64,000 nt of DNA from the human T2T-CHM13v2.0 reference genome, Homo sapiens: assembly GCF_009914755.1 (NCBI RefSeq), contig NC_060947.1. One strand, 5' to 3'. The position numbers and the translations under genes were made by a program. The notes under the pieces were generated by a model. It was not told where the DNA came from, did no database searches, and was given only the letters and a program-made list of their open reading frames with translations. Positions 16,703-29,820 of the stretch are shown here, piece by piece (within the stretch, counting starts at the first letter, position 1; each line of letters begins with the position of its first letter).

Positions 16703-17983
16703 CTAGACTCATAGTATATCCGGTACCCTACTCATCTCATTTTCTGAGTGATTTCAGTATCCAAATGGAGGTTTATCCAGAACCCTGGCCTCACACTTCC
16801 TTTTTCTTCACATTTCTGTTGATGTGGAAGAAACTAAGTGACACATTGAAAGAAAAGATGGGTCCTATCATTATAATTTTCCTTTTCTTCACATTTCCAG
16901 TCCCCTCAGCTTCTGTTAAAGACTAATGTCCATCCAGCAATCAGATGAAGATGACAGTTTGCGAAACATACTCTTTGGCAGTATTTGACTTTAAAATATG
17001 AGTCCATATTATTAATATATAAAAAAGCCTTAAAAATAAAATAATAGCCTAAAATAATAGTAATATTATAATATGTATGATATTAATAATCAAATTAAGA
17101 AAAAAAGCAGATGAACCAGAAGTGGAAAAATAAAAATGAGACACAAAATATAACCAGCTGCTGATGATTAAATGCTAAGATTCCAGGGAAATAAGATCAA
17201 GCAAAGTTGTTGTTGTTTTTTCTTATCTATGAAATATCAAAACAGGTTGTATTTGAACATGAAATACTACATCTTTATGCAATTTATTCCTTGATGTCTG
17301 CAAGCTAGTGCCACTGCAGAAATAGATTATCATGGGAATGAATTGCTTGCTGTTTTGACCAAAGAGTTGAAACCTCAGGAAAATAACATATGAGCAGTAT
17401 TTTAGGCTTCTATAATTTGGTTATAAGAATGGACTGTACATAAGATTCTATGACAGAAAATGGAATTGGCAGTGGTACAGCCAGTTAAAGTTAAATAAAA
17501 ATAGAAACCCAAGTGTTTTGCCTATTAGGGCAATATGAATGACTAGAGCTGAACATATGCACTTTATAATATTCAGCTCCTCATTTTATTTAAAACTGTT
17601 TAGATTGTCAGCACTGAGTTTATGAGTATAGCACAGTACTAGATATATGTACCTCTGAACCCATCAATGCTTGTTGTCATGACCTTGGAGGTTTTGGCAT
17701 GTGAGAAGTACTATTATTCTTCCCTTTTCACATTTAAAATATTCACATTCTTGCCTGTTTTCTACCTCCCACCTCTAGAAGTTTACCAAGGTACCATGGA
17801 ATAACAGGGTCGACCATCTTAATATTTTTTAAACATAAATAATGTAAGGTTTTGGTAAAAAAAAATCAACACAAAGTTTAAAAACGTCATTAGAAAAAAT
17901 GAATTTTTATTTTAAATTATCTGTAATGTAACTTGAAATGCAATAAGAATTTTCTCATACATATGTAAATATTTTAGCAGTGA

Positions 17984-18498
<515 letters not shown>

Positions 18499-19494
18499 TT
18501 TTGTCATTTTTATAATATTTTTAAACAACCAACTTTTTGTTTATTGATTGTTATGATTTCTCTGTTGATATTCTCGTTTCGTGTATACATTATTTTCATG
18601 ACATTCTTTTGTTCTTTTCTATGGTTTCCTTTAGTTCTATGAACGTATTTAAGACAGTGGCTTTAAAGTCTTTTTCTAATAAGTCCTATGGCTGGGATTT
18701 CTTCATAATCTTTTGTTTTGTTTTGTTGGTTATTGAATACTGGACATTTGAATATTATAATTTGGTAACTCTGTACATCAGATTATCCTCCTTTCTCTGG
18801 GTTTACTCTTCTTGCTTATTGAAGGCTGTAGTCATCCATTTGTTTATTGACTTTTCAAAACTATTATTGCAAAGAATACATTCTTTGCTATGCATGGTCA
18901 CTGAAGTGTCTGTTCCTTTAGCTGGTGTTGAGTAGTGTTTTGAGATATATTTCCTTGAATGCCAGGAACTAAAATAATCAGACACATAAACAAAAACACC
19001 TATCATAGTCTTTTTGGATAGAGTGTCCTGAGGCACTTCTTCAGCAGTTAGCGAGGTTGTTTACAACAATTTCTTAGTTTTTACTTACCACTTGCACTTA
19101 GCCTAGAGTCAGACAAAGATGAAAGTTTAACATCTTCTCAGGTATTTTCTGAGCACATGTCCTACTCTGAGTGTCCTTGATGCTTTCTAAATTCTCCAGG
19201 GCACTTTTAAATGCCTTAATTTCTCCAAAAGCTCTCCTACTTTTATTTCCAGACTTTAGGTAGCGTTTGCATGTCTCAACCATAATATTCTGTCAGGTGG
19301 CTTTGGGTTTTTTGTTTATCTTACAATATTTTTTAACAATTTCACTGCTTTTCTGCCTTGAGTGAGTTCAAAGATAGGCAAAACATGCCAAGCACATTGC
19401 ATCAGTCCTTCATGTACCCCCAGGAAGGTTAGAAGAGATAAACACAGTAATTTCTGAATGAAGTCTGTTTTGTTTCATCAAAAACCAGGTATCT

Positions 19495-20630
19495 TTGTTT
19501 AAGTTCCTTGTAGATTGTGGGTATTAGAACTTTGTCAGATGGGTAGATTGCAAAAATTTTCTCCCATATTGTAGGTTGCCTGTTCACTCTGATGCTAGTT
19601 TATTTGCTGTGCAGAAGCTCTCTAATTTAATTAGATTCCATTTATCAATTTTGGCTTTTGTTGCAATCGCTTTTGGTGTTTTAGTCATGAAGGCTTTGCC
19701 CATGCCTGTGTCCCGAATGGTTTTGCCTAGGTTTTCTTCTAGGGTTTTTATGGTTTTTGGTTTTACATTTAAGTTTTTAATCCATCAAAAGATATGAACA
19801 GACACTTAAGACATTTATGTGGCCAGCAAGCATTAAAAAAACATCATCATCACTGGTCAGTAGAGAAATGCAAATCAGAATTACAATGAGATACTATCTG
19901 ATGCCAGTCAGAATGGCAATTATTAAAAAGTCAGGAAACAATAGATGCCGGTGAGGCTGTGGAGAAATAGGAATGCTTTTACACTGTTGGTGGGAGTGTA
20001 AATTAGTTCAACCATTGTAGAAGACAGTGTGACGATTTCTCAAGGATCTAGAACCAGAAATACCATTTGACCCAGCAATTCCATTACTGGGCATATACCC
20101 AAAGGATTATAAATCTTTCTACTATAAAGACACATGCACACGTATGTTTATTGCAGCACTATTTACAATAGCAAAGACTCGGAACAACCCAAATGCCCAT
20201 GAATGATAGACTGGATAAAGAAAACGTGACACATATACACCATGGAATACTATGCAGCCATAAAAAAGGATGAGAGCATGCCCTTTGCAGGGACACGGAT
20301 GAAGCTGGAAGCCGTCATCCTCAGCAAACTAACACAGGAACAGAAAACAAGCACCACATGTTCTCACTCATAAGTGGGAGTTGAACAATGAGAACACATG
20401 GACACAGGGAGGGGGACAACACACAGTGGGGCCTGTTGGTGGTTGGAGGGCATGGGGAGGGAGAACATTAGGACAAATACCTAATGCATGCGGGGCTTAA
20501 AACCTAGATGACGGGTTGTTAGGTGCAGCAAACCACCATGGCACAAGTATACCTACGTAACAAATCTGCACATTCTGCACATGTATCCTGGAACTTAAAA
20601 TAAAAAATTAAATTAAGTTAAAAAAATAAA
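19495..20630 (+). mobile_element. 5'-inverted L1PA (PA7/8-like): 19495-19786 antisense, 19787-20630 sense 3' end with A tail
   Basis: Antisense L1 ORF2 text switches to sense at tccatc|aaaagatatgaacagacac; 3' UTR and A-rich tail present; degenerate TSD aaaaccaggt / aaaacaggt. Confidence 0.9.
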
Positions 20631-21169
20631 GAAAACAGGTCCCAGGGTCTTGCACTGGGGAATGAAGTCTGCTAGCCTCAAGACAACTGCTGAGTCAGAG
20701 GGAGTGGCACAAGGGCAAGTAAAAGTGCCACAAAGCTTTCCTACTATTTTTAAGTTGTCTTTTTTTTTTTGATTCAGTGTTCACTTGATTGCTGTAAACT
20801 TTTGACTTTTTTCCAGTTCTGACAACACGGTTCCTGACAGTTTTTATGTGTTTTTCACGTTTCTGTGGGGCCATGGACATTTGGAGCTGCCTGTTTACCA
20901 TTTGGCTGAAGCCAACCTTTTTAGTTTTGATACAGCCCCCAAACATGAAGATCGACTCTTTCTTTTCTCTTTGATGCAGACTCTGTGTTTTCATCTAGAC
21001 TGGACCACATATTCTTTTTTTGAAAATGAGGGGCTAGCACTATATAATTGCAAATATATTTTGTAGCTCTGAGTGTTAATTGTTTTATGATTCACCTGCC
21101 TGGGTGCCGATATTGTCAGTCCATTTCGGGTTTTGAATCCAGATGTATAAAAATCACAGCCAAGGAATT

Positions 21170-22330
21170 CGCTTTAACTTTTTAAAAAATGTGCATAAAC
21201 TAAAAGTCTCTTTCGGATATATGAACAATTAACAAATGTATACAATTGGGCAAAAAATAACAAAATCAATATAGAGAACAGTTGCATCACCTTCTGTACA
21301 TTTTCTTGTGTGTATTACTATAGGCTGTGAAGGGTACTAGGTGAATGAGGGGGAGGTATCGATGGTTAATGGGTACAAAAACATAGTTAAAAAGAATGAA
21401 TCAAGACCTAGTATTCATCCCCTCCTCCACCTCTAGTCCATGGCAAACACTAATCTGAATTTGACTCCATAATTTTGCCTTTTATAGAATGTCATATAAG
21501 TGAAATCATAAGGTATTCATAAGGTAATCATGAGGTTTTCAGTCTGACTTCTCTCACTTAGCATAATAAATTTGAAATTCATCCACATTATTGTATGCAA
21601 CAGTAGTTCATTCTTTTATTGTTGAAAAGTAAGTTTGTTATTCATTCACCATTTGGAGAGCATTTGGATTATTTTCAGTTTTTGGCAATAATGAATAAGT
21701 TGTATGAATAAGTTTCACTTCTCTTGGGTAAACACCTAAATTTGGGAGTCCTGAGCTTTATGTGAAATATATAGTTAACTTTCTAATAATGAAGAAACTT
21801 GTTTTTCAAAGTAACTATAAAATTTTGCGTTCTCATCAGCAATGTATGTGTTTTACGTGTTCACATGTTATTTTTGTTTAAGCAGTTGTGATAGGTGTGA
21901 AGTGATATCTCATATGGTTTCAATTTGCATTTCCTTAGTATGAAACATCTTTCCATGTGCTAATGTGTAATTTGTATAGCTTCTTTTCTGAAGTGTCTTT
22001 TCAAATATTTCACCAACTTTTTTCATTAGTTCATTTTCTTAAATTGAACTTTGAGTATTCTTTATGTACTTTGGATACAAGATAGATTTTTTGTGAGAAA
22101 TGGGTTTTTGACTTATACTTTTATTTTCTTAATAATGTCTTTTAAAATAACAGATTAAACAATTGATACTGTACAATTTAATTGCTTTTCAATAGATAGT
22201 TTAATAGATGGTTGCTTTTGTATTTAAGAATCTTTGCTTACCCAAGGATTACAAGGATTTTTTTTCCTATAATTTCTTCCTAAATATTTACCACTTTGGA
22301 TTTTATATTTAAAATCTGGTTCATTTTGAA
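21170..22330 (-). mobile_element. Old L1 (L1MC/MD/ME-like) 3' region
   Basis: ttgcctttttatagaatgtcatataagtgaaatcata; gatatctcatatggtttcaatttgcatttcc. Confidence 0.65.
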
Positions 22331-22548
22331 TGAATAAGAATTATTTTAAAAATTTATTTTTATTTTTTTGAATTATTTTTGAACTCATTAAAAATGAACC
22401 ATCTTTTTTTTAAAAATGTAGTTCAATGTCGCAAGATAATTTTATTTTTTAAAACTGCTTTTTAAAAACTGCTGTTTGGCTAAATAAATAGTATCCCATA
22501 TTTCGCAAAGCAAAAATTAACAAGTATAATGTATTTTTTTTGTATCAG

Positions 22549-22687
22549 GTGACAGTAGTTGAATTCATCATTCAAGTTCAGATTAATTTCTTTGAGTCTT
22601 CAAAGCTCTACACTAAATATTTGTCCAGTTCTCCTTCGAATCCAAAAACAGTACCACTTATCCGACCATGTTACGTTCAAGCTACTG
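22549..22687 (+). CDS. CFAP47: CFAP47 exon E (139 nt, phase 0/1): VTVVEFIIQVQINFFESSKLYTKYLSSSPSNPKTVPLIRPCYVQAT
   Basis: Acceptor ttttttttgtatcag|GTG, donor CTG|gtatgt; open frame, phases match D and F. Confidence 0.87.
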
Positions 22688-25600
22688 GTATGTAATATAA
22701 AATAATCAATTGGTGTGGGTAGGCCAAAGATTTACACTTAAGTGTCTAAAAGATAAAAAATAGAATATGCCATTTGTTTTTCATAAATGGAAATATTAGA
22801 AAATAAAATTTTAAGAGGATTCCTTTGTGTGTCACTTAAATTGAGTCTATGAGATTTGAGTGTTGACAAACAGCGCAGATATAATCTCTGGCAAGCAACT
22901 TGCTAAAAAAAAGAGAATAGAATGAAAATCAGGCCAATTTAGTACATTATTATGTGGTCAATTTTAAATAATTAAGACAAAATATAAATTATTAAAATAT
23001 TACAAAATGCATTTAACATAAAATAAAATAATAAGAATTTTGTTTAAGAACATATCTCTATTCCAAAGGGATGGGTTACTAAAAGACTGAGTACATGAAA
23101 AGAAGAAGTATTTTAGAAATTTGAAAGTTTTGCTGAATATTTATCTACTCATTTTCTTCAAATATTAAAAGATAAAAACTGATGTACTCTGCAAATTACA
23201 TTTTTGCAAGTTGGCTTTGCTTTCAATTATATATGTATATTTTTCATGAAAAGAAAAGAAGTCTATATTTTGTTTTTATAGTTCTGATATTAAGTTAAAT
23301 CGTCATTAATTCTAAAATAGTAGGGAGTATCATATCAGTTAATAATTGCATTTGGTAACTAGTAAGAGAGGTCTCACGAAAATAGCATGCAGATGATAAA
23401 AATATTTCACTCTCATTTAAAATCCAGAATTAGGAATTCCACAGCTGATATGGAGGCTCAATGAAGTTAAAGTTTTTCCCTTTGAATTAAGAATTTCTTT
23501 TGGAAAGTAATCATAATCTAATATTGCTTCCTGAATTAGGTAGATAAGCTTTCAAAACATTTACTTGTTTGAAAATTAAAAATTAAGATAGCATTGTTAA
23601 AGAAAATTGGAAAATGTAGAAGCAAAAATATCTGAAATTCAAATATTTAAAGTGTTCTTAATATTTTGATATCTTTTTTGTTCTATACATCCCTTTTGTT
23701 AATGTATTTTTTTAATATGCTTGTGATCTTACTGCTTATGCTAAGTTGAAACCAGCTCTGTTTCATTTTATTTTTTAATTTTTAGTTTTTGGGGGCACAT
23801 AGTAGGTGTATATCTTTATGGGGTACATGAGATGTTTTGATACTGGCATGCAATGGGTAATAATCACATCATGGAATATGGAGTATCCATCCCATCAAGC
23901 ATTTATTTTTTGTGTTAGAAACAATTCAATGATACTCTTTTGGTTATTTTTAAGTATATAATTAAATTATTATTGACTGTAGTCACCCTGTTGTGCTAGC
24001 TAATACTAAGTCTTATTCATTCTTTCTAATTATGCTTTTGTACCCATATACCATCCCCTCATCCTGCCCCTCATCCACCTACTACCCTTCACAGCCTGTA
24101 GTAACCATCCTTCTGCTCTCTGTCTCCATGAGTTCAATCATTTTCATTTGTAGATCCCACAAATAAGTGAGAACATGTGATGTTTGTCTTTCTGTGCTTG
24201 CCTTATTTCATTTAACATAATGACCTCCAGTTCCATTCATATTGTTGCTAATGACAGGATCTCATTCTTTTTATGGATAAATAGTACTCCATTATGTATC
24301 TGTACCACATTTTCTTTATCCAGTAATCTGTTGATAGAACCTTAGGATGCTTTCTAATTTGGCTATCGTGAACAGTGCTGCAACAAACATGTGAGTGCAG
24401 ATATCTCTTTGATATACTGATTTCCTTTCTTTTGGGTATATGCCCAACAGTGGGATTGCTGGATCTTATGCCAGTCTTTTTTTTTTTTTTTTTTTTTTTT
24501 GAGGAAACTTCAAACTTTTCTCCATAGTGGTTCTACTAATTTACATTCGCATCAACGAACAGTATACAAGGGTTCCTTCCCTTTTCTCCGTATCCTCACC
24601 AGCATTTGTTTTTGCCTATCTTTTGGACAAAAGCCATTTTAACTGAGGGGAGATGATATCTCATGTAGTTTTGATTTGCATTTCTCTGATGATCAATGAT
24701 GTTGAGCACATTTTCATGTGTCTGTTTGCCATTTGTATGTTTTCTTCTGAGAAATGTCTATTCTTTTGCTCAATTTTAAATCGGATTATTAGATTTTTTC
24801 TCATAGAGTTGTCTGAGGTCCTTACATATTCTGGTTATTAACCCATTTGAAGTTTGAAGTTTCCTCAAAAAATACAAATAAAGCTAGCATATGATCCAGC
24901 AATCCCACTGCTGGGCATATACCGAAAAGAAAGGAAATCAGTGTATCAAAGAGATATCTGCACTTCCATGTTTGTTGCAGCACTGTTCATGATAGCCCAA
25001 TTAGGAAGCAACCTAAGGTTCCATCAACAGATTACTGGATAAAGAAAATGTGGTACAAATACACCCTTGTCAGATGGGTAGTTTGCAAATATTTTATCCC
25101 ATTCGGGTATTGTCTCTTCACTTTGTGGATTGTTTACTTTGCTGCACAGAAGCTTTTTAAATTTGATGTGATATCGTTTGTCCAGTTTTGCTTTGGTTGA
25201 CTGTGCTTATGAGTATTATTCAAGAAATTTTTGCCTGGACCAATGTCCTGGAAAGTTTCCCCAATATTTCCTTGTAGAAGTTTCATAGTTTGAGGTCTTG
25301 GATTTAAGTCTTTAATTACTTTTTATTTTATTTTTGTATATGGTGAGAGATAGTGGTGTAGTTTCATTCTTCTGCATATGGATATCCAGTTTTCCTGTGC
25401 CATTTATTGAAGTAAGTCTTTTCCCCATTGTGTTTTCTTGGCTTTTTTGTTGAAAATGAGTTCACAGTAGGTGTGTGGATTTGTTTCTGGTTTGTCTATT
25501 TCATTGCGTTTGTCTATGTGTCTGTTTTTCTGCCAGTACCGTCTGTTTTGATTATTATAGCTAGGTAGTATAAAGTCAGGTAATGTTATTCCTCTAGTTT

Positions 25601-26844
25601 TGAACTTTTGCCTAAGATAGTGGATCTTTTGTGGTTCCATATAAATTTTAGGATTGATTTTTCAATTTCTGTGAAGAATGTCATTGGTATTTTGATAGGG
25701 ATTAGATTGACTCTGTAGATTGCTTTGGGTAATATGGATATTTTTACAATAGTGACTCTTCCAAACCGAGAACGTGAAATATCATCCCTTTTTTTGGCGT
25801 CCTCTTCAATTTCTTTCATTAATGTTTCATAATTTTCATTGTAGAGTTCTTTCACTTCTTTGATGAAGTTAATTTCTAGGTACTTAATTTTATTTATGGC
25901 TATTGTAAATGGGAATACTTTTAAAATTGCTTTTTCATGCTGTTTGCTATTGGCATATAGAAATCTACTGGTTTTTCTGTCGATTTTGTATCTTGTAACT
26001 CTACTGAATTTGTCATTTATAATATTTTTTGATGTAGTCTGTAGATTTTTCCAAATACAAAATAATGTTGCTCTGCAAACAAGGTTATTTTTACCTCCTC
26101 CTTTCCAATTTGTATGCCTTTATTTCTTTCTCTTGTTTGATTGCTCTGGCTAGGATTTCCAGTACTATGTTGAGTAACAGTGGAGAAAGTGAGTATCCTT
26201 GTCATGTTTCATATCTTAGAGGAAGGCTTTCAGTTTGATACTATCTGTGGGTCTGTCATGTATGACTTTTATTACGTTGAGGAATTGTCCTTCTATCTCC
26301 AGTTTTTTGAGGGCTTTTATCATGAAAGGATGTTGAATTTTATCAAGTGTTCTTTCAGCATTAATGGAAATGATCACATGGTTTTTGTCCTTCATTCTGT
26401 TGATATGATGTATCACATTGATTGATTTACATATATTATTCCATTCTTGCATCCCAGGGATAAATCCCACTTGGTCATGATGAATGATCATTTTAATATA
26501 TTGCTGAATTTGATTTGCTAGTATTTTGTTGAAGATTTTTGCATCAATATTCATCAGCGATATTGGCCTGTCCTATCTTTTTTTTTTTTTTAAATGCGTC
26601 ATTGTCTGGTTTTGGTATCAGAGGAATACTGGCCTCATAGAATGAATTTGGAAGTATTCCATTGTCTTCTGTTTTTCAGAATAGTTTGAGGAGGATTGGT
26701 ATTAGTTCTTTAAATGTTTGGTGGAATACAACAGTGATGATACCAGGTTTTCCTTACTAGGAGACTTTTTATTATGTCTTGAATCTCATCACTTATTATT
26801 GGTCTGTTGAAGTTTGGAATTTCCCCCTGGTTCTGCGGTAGTGC

Positions 26845-26863
26845 TCCTCACACGGGGGCACCA
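26845..26863 (-). promoter_or_regulatory. Retroviral primer-binding site complementary to elongator tRNA-Met
   Basis: + strand TCCTCACACGGGGGCACCA equals the tRNA-Met(CAT) 3' end TCCTCACACGGGGCA-CCA with one extra G; 2 nt from the LTR end. Confidence 0.85.
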
Positions 26864-26865
26864 GT

Positions 26866-27421
26866 TGTGGGGGGGTCTGTCCCTTGCAGACCCCTGACCC
26901 AGCGACAGATGAATGAAGTACACCGACACACAGATATTCTGCTTTGCCAGTCCAGCTGAATGTCTGAGCCTCTTAGAGACTCCAGCAGAGTCCTGTAAAC
27001 AGTTAAGACTGTGGCCTCAATCAGTCAGTGAGATTTGCATTTATTTAGTAAAGATTAAGAGGTCCTGAGTAAACATCACTAGAGGGTAAAGATTCAAGGC
27101 CAGGTTCCTCGGCCTAAAGCAAACACGATTTGCAGGTAATAAACTTCTGCCGACCTCCTCCCCCGAGTAGGAGGCAGTTAAGCACCTGTGGTAGGACAAA
27201 GGTTAGTCTTAGGCGCATATAAGTAAACAGTTTGGTAAGATAAACTCCACACATTCCTTTGTATTTGCACCCTAATCTTTCTGGCTCCTGCAAAGAGACC
27301 CTGGCTGCCTTCAGCCAAGCAATGTGAAGCTATGCAAACTCTCAGGCCTTCCAAGAGAGGTTGTCGCTATTACTATAACTATCTTTAATATTTTTCCCAC
27401 CCGCCTGACTGAACCCCAACA
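26866..27421 (-). mobile_element. LTR22-family LTR (HERV-K HML-5)
   Basis: Minus strand reads TGTTGGGGTTCAGTCAGGCGGGTGGGAAAAATATTAAAGATAG...GACAGACCCCCCCACA (TG...CA); directly followed by a PBS. Confidence 0.85.
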
Positions 27422-29084
27422 TGGTGCAATCTTGGTGCATTGTATGTGTCTAGGAATTTATCAATTTCTCCTAGATTTTTCCAATTTATTGGTATATAGT
27501 TGCTCATAGTAGCCACTAATGACCCTTTGAATTTCTGCAGTATCAGTTGTAATAAGCCTTTTTAAAAATCTCTGATTTTATTTATTTGGATCTTCTCTCT
27601 TGTTTTTTAGTTAGTCTGGCTAAAGGTTTGTCAATTTTGTTTAACTCTTCAAAACAACAACTTTTCATTTCATTGATCTTTTGTACTCTCTTCATTTCAT
27701 TTTTTAAAATTTCTGCTCAGATCTTATTTCTTTTTTTCTACTAATTCTGGTTTGTTCTTGTTTTTATAGTTTTTTAAGATGCATCATTAGGTTATTTGAA
27801 GATTTTCCTCTTTTCTGATATAGACACTTATAGCTATAAACTTTCCTTTTAGTATTGCTGTTGCTGTATCCCATAGGTTTGGATATGTTATGTTTTCTTT
27901 CTGTGAATTTGTATAGTTTCCAAAATTCCTCTTATTATTGATTTCTTGTTTTGTTCAATTGTAGTCAGAGAAGATGCTTGATATAATTTCAAATTTTGAA
28001 TGTTTTAAGACTTGTTTTGGGACCTGACGTATGATTCTTCGTTGAGAATGATCCACGTGCTGAGAAGAAGAATATATATTCTGTAGCCATTGGATGAAAT
28101 GTTCTGTATATATCTATTAGATCCTTTTGGTCTATAGTGTAGATTAAGTCAAATGCTTCTTTTTGGATTTTCTGTTTGGGAGATCTGTCCAATGCTGAAA
28201 GTGGAGTGTTGAAGACTCTAGCTATTATTGCATTCAGATCTATTTGTTTCTTTAGGTCTAATAATATTTGCTTTGTATATCTGAGTGCTCCAGTGTTGGG
28301 TTCATATACATTTATAATCGTTATATCTTCTTGCTGAATTGACTCCTTTATCATTATATAGTGACCTTCTTTGTCTCTTCTTATAGTTTTTGCCTTGAAA
28401 CCTATTTTGTCTGATAAAAGTGTAGCTACTCCTGCTCTTTTTTGGTTTCTGTTGGAATGAAATATCTTTTCCATCACTTTGTTTTCAGTCTATGTGGGTC
28501 TTTATATTAATAGATGAATTGTGTTGCTTATAGGCAGCAGGTCACTGGGTCTTGTACTTTTATCCATTCAGCCAGTCCATTTACATTTGATGTTATTATT
28601 GTTAAGTAAGGACTTACTTCTTGAATTTTGTTATTTCTTTTCTGCTTGTTTTGTGGTCTTTGTTTTCTTCTTTGTTTCCTTCCTGTCTTCCTCTTAGGGA
28701 TGGTGATTTTCTTTGGTGATATAATTTAGTCTCTCACTTTTTATGTTTAGTGTATCTGTTGTATTTTTTTGGTTTGAGGTTACCATGAGGTTTGCAAATA
28801 GTATCTGATAACCTTTCCTTTTAAGCTAATAACAAGGTAACACTATTTGCATGAAAAACAAATAAAAAAGCAAAAAGAAAACTAATGAAAACTTTATGCC
28901 TTAACTTCATCCCTCTGCTTTTTAACTTTTTGTTGTCTCTATTTATATCTTATGGTACTATGTCTTGAAAAGGTGTTGTAATTATTATTTTTGATTGGAT
29001 CATCATTTAGTCTATGTAAGAGTATTTTACACACCATAGTTACAGTGCTATAATATTTGTTTTTTGTGTGTCCTTTTTTTAATT

Positions 29085-29259
29085 TTTCTCTTTTTTGAGA
29101 TGGTGTCTTGCTTTGTTGCCCAGGCTGGAGTGCAGTGGCATGATCTTGGCCCTGCAACCCTCAACCTCCTGGGTTCAAGTGATTCTCCTGCCTCAGCCTT
29201 CCGAGTAGCTGGGACTACAGGCATGCACCACCATGCCTGGCTAATTTTTTGTGTTTTTA
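29085..29259 (-). mobile_element. Alu right monomer (truncated at the A-rich linker)
   Basis: ttttttgagatggtgtcttgc...cctggctaattttttgtgttttta; left arm absent. Confidence 0.9.
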
Positions 29260-29712
29260 TTTTTTTAATTGTTTATTTACTCATTTTACTATACTTTAAG
29301 TTCTGGGATACATGTGCAGAATGTGCAGGTTTGTTACATAGGTATACATGTGCCATGGTGGTTTGCTGCACCCATCAACCCATCATCTAGGTTTTAAGCC
29401 CCAAATGCATTAGGTATTTGTTCTAATGCTATCCCTCCCCTTTCCCCCCACCCCCCGACAGGCCACGATGTGTGATGTTCCCCTCCCTGTGTCCGTGTGT
29501 TCTCACTGTTCAACTCTCACTAATGAGTGAGAACATGCGGTGTTTGGCTTTCTGTTCCTGTGTTAGTTTGCTGAGGATGATGGTTTCCAGCTTCATCCAT
29601 GTCACTGCAAAGAACATGAACTTATTTTTTATGGCTGCATAGTATTCCATGGTGTATATGTGCCACATTTTCTTTATCCAGTATATCATTGATGGGCATT
29701 TGGGTTGGTTCC
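29260..29712 (-). mobile_element. L1PA (PA7/8-like) 3' end, the L1 part of a U6-L1 chimera
   Basis: tatactttaagttctgggatacatgtgcag...gggcatttgggttggttcc. Confidence 0.92.
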
Positions 29713-29820
29713 AAAAAATATGGAACACTTCATGAATTTGCATGTCATCCTTTTGCAGGGGCCATGCTAATCTTCTCTGTATCATTCCAATTTTAGTATA
29801 TGTGCCTCTGACGTGAGCAC
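29713..29820 (-). pseudogene. Full-length U6 snRNA retropseudogene fused to L1
   Basis: Minus strand GTGCTCACGTCAGAGGCACATATACTAAAATTGGAATGATACAGAGAAGATTAGCATGGCCCCTGCAAAAGGATGACATGCAAATTCATGAAGTGTTCCATATTTTTT; ACAGAGA box retained, several CpG-type mutations, L1 sequence in place of an upstream promoter. Confidence 0.96.

Noticed and set aside
27989-28477. 162-aa endonuclease-like ORF and nearby RT-like ORFs
   Set aside because: Fragments of a frameshifted, inactive L1 ORF2
29713-29820. Functional U6 snRNA gene
   Set aside because: Multiple substitutions, upstream flank is L1 with no evident PSE/TATA, and it is fused to an L1 3' end with a TSD
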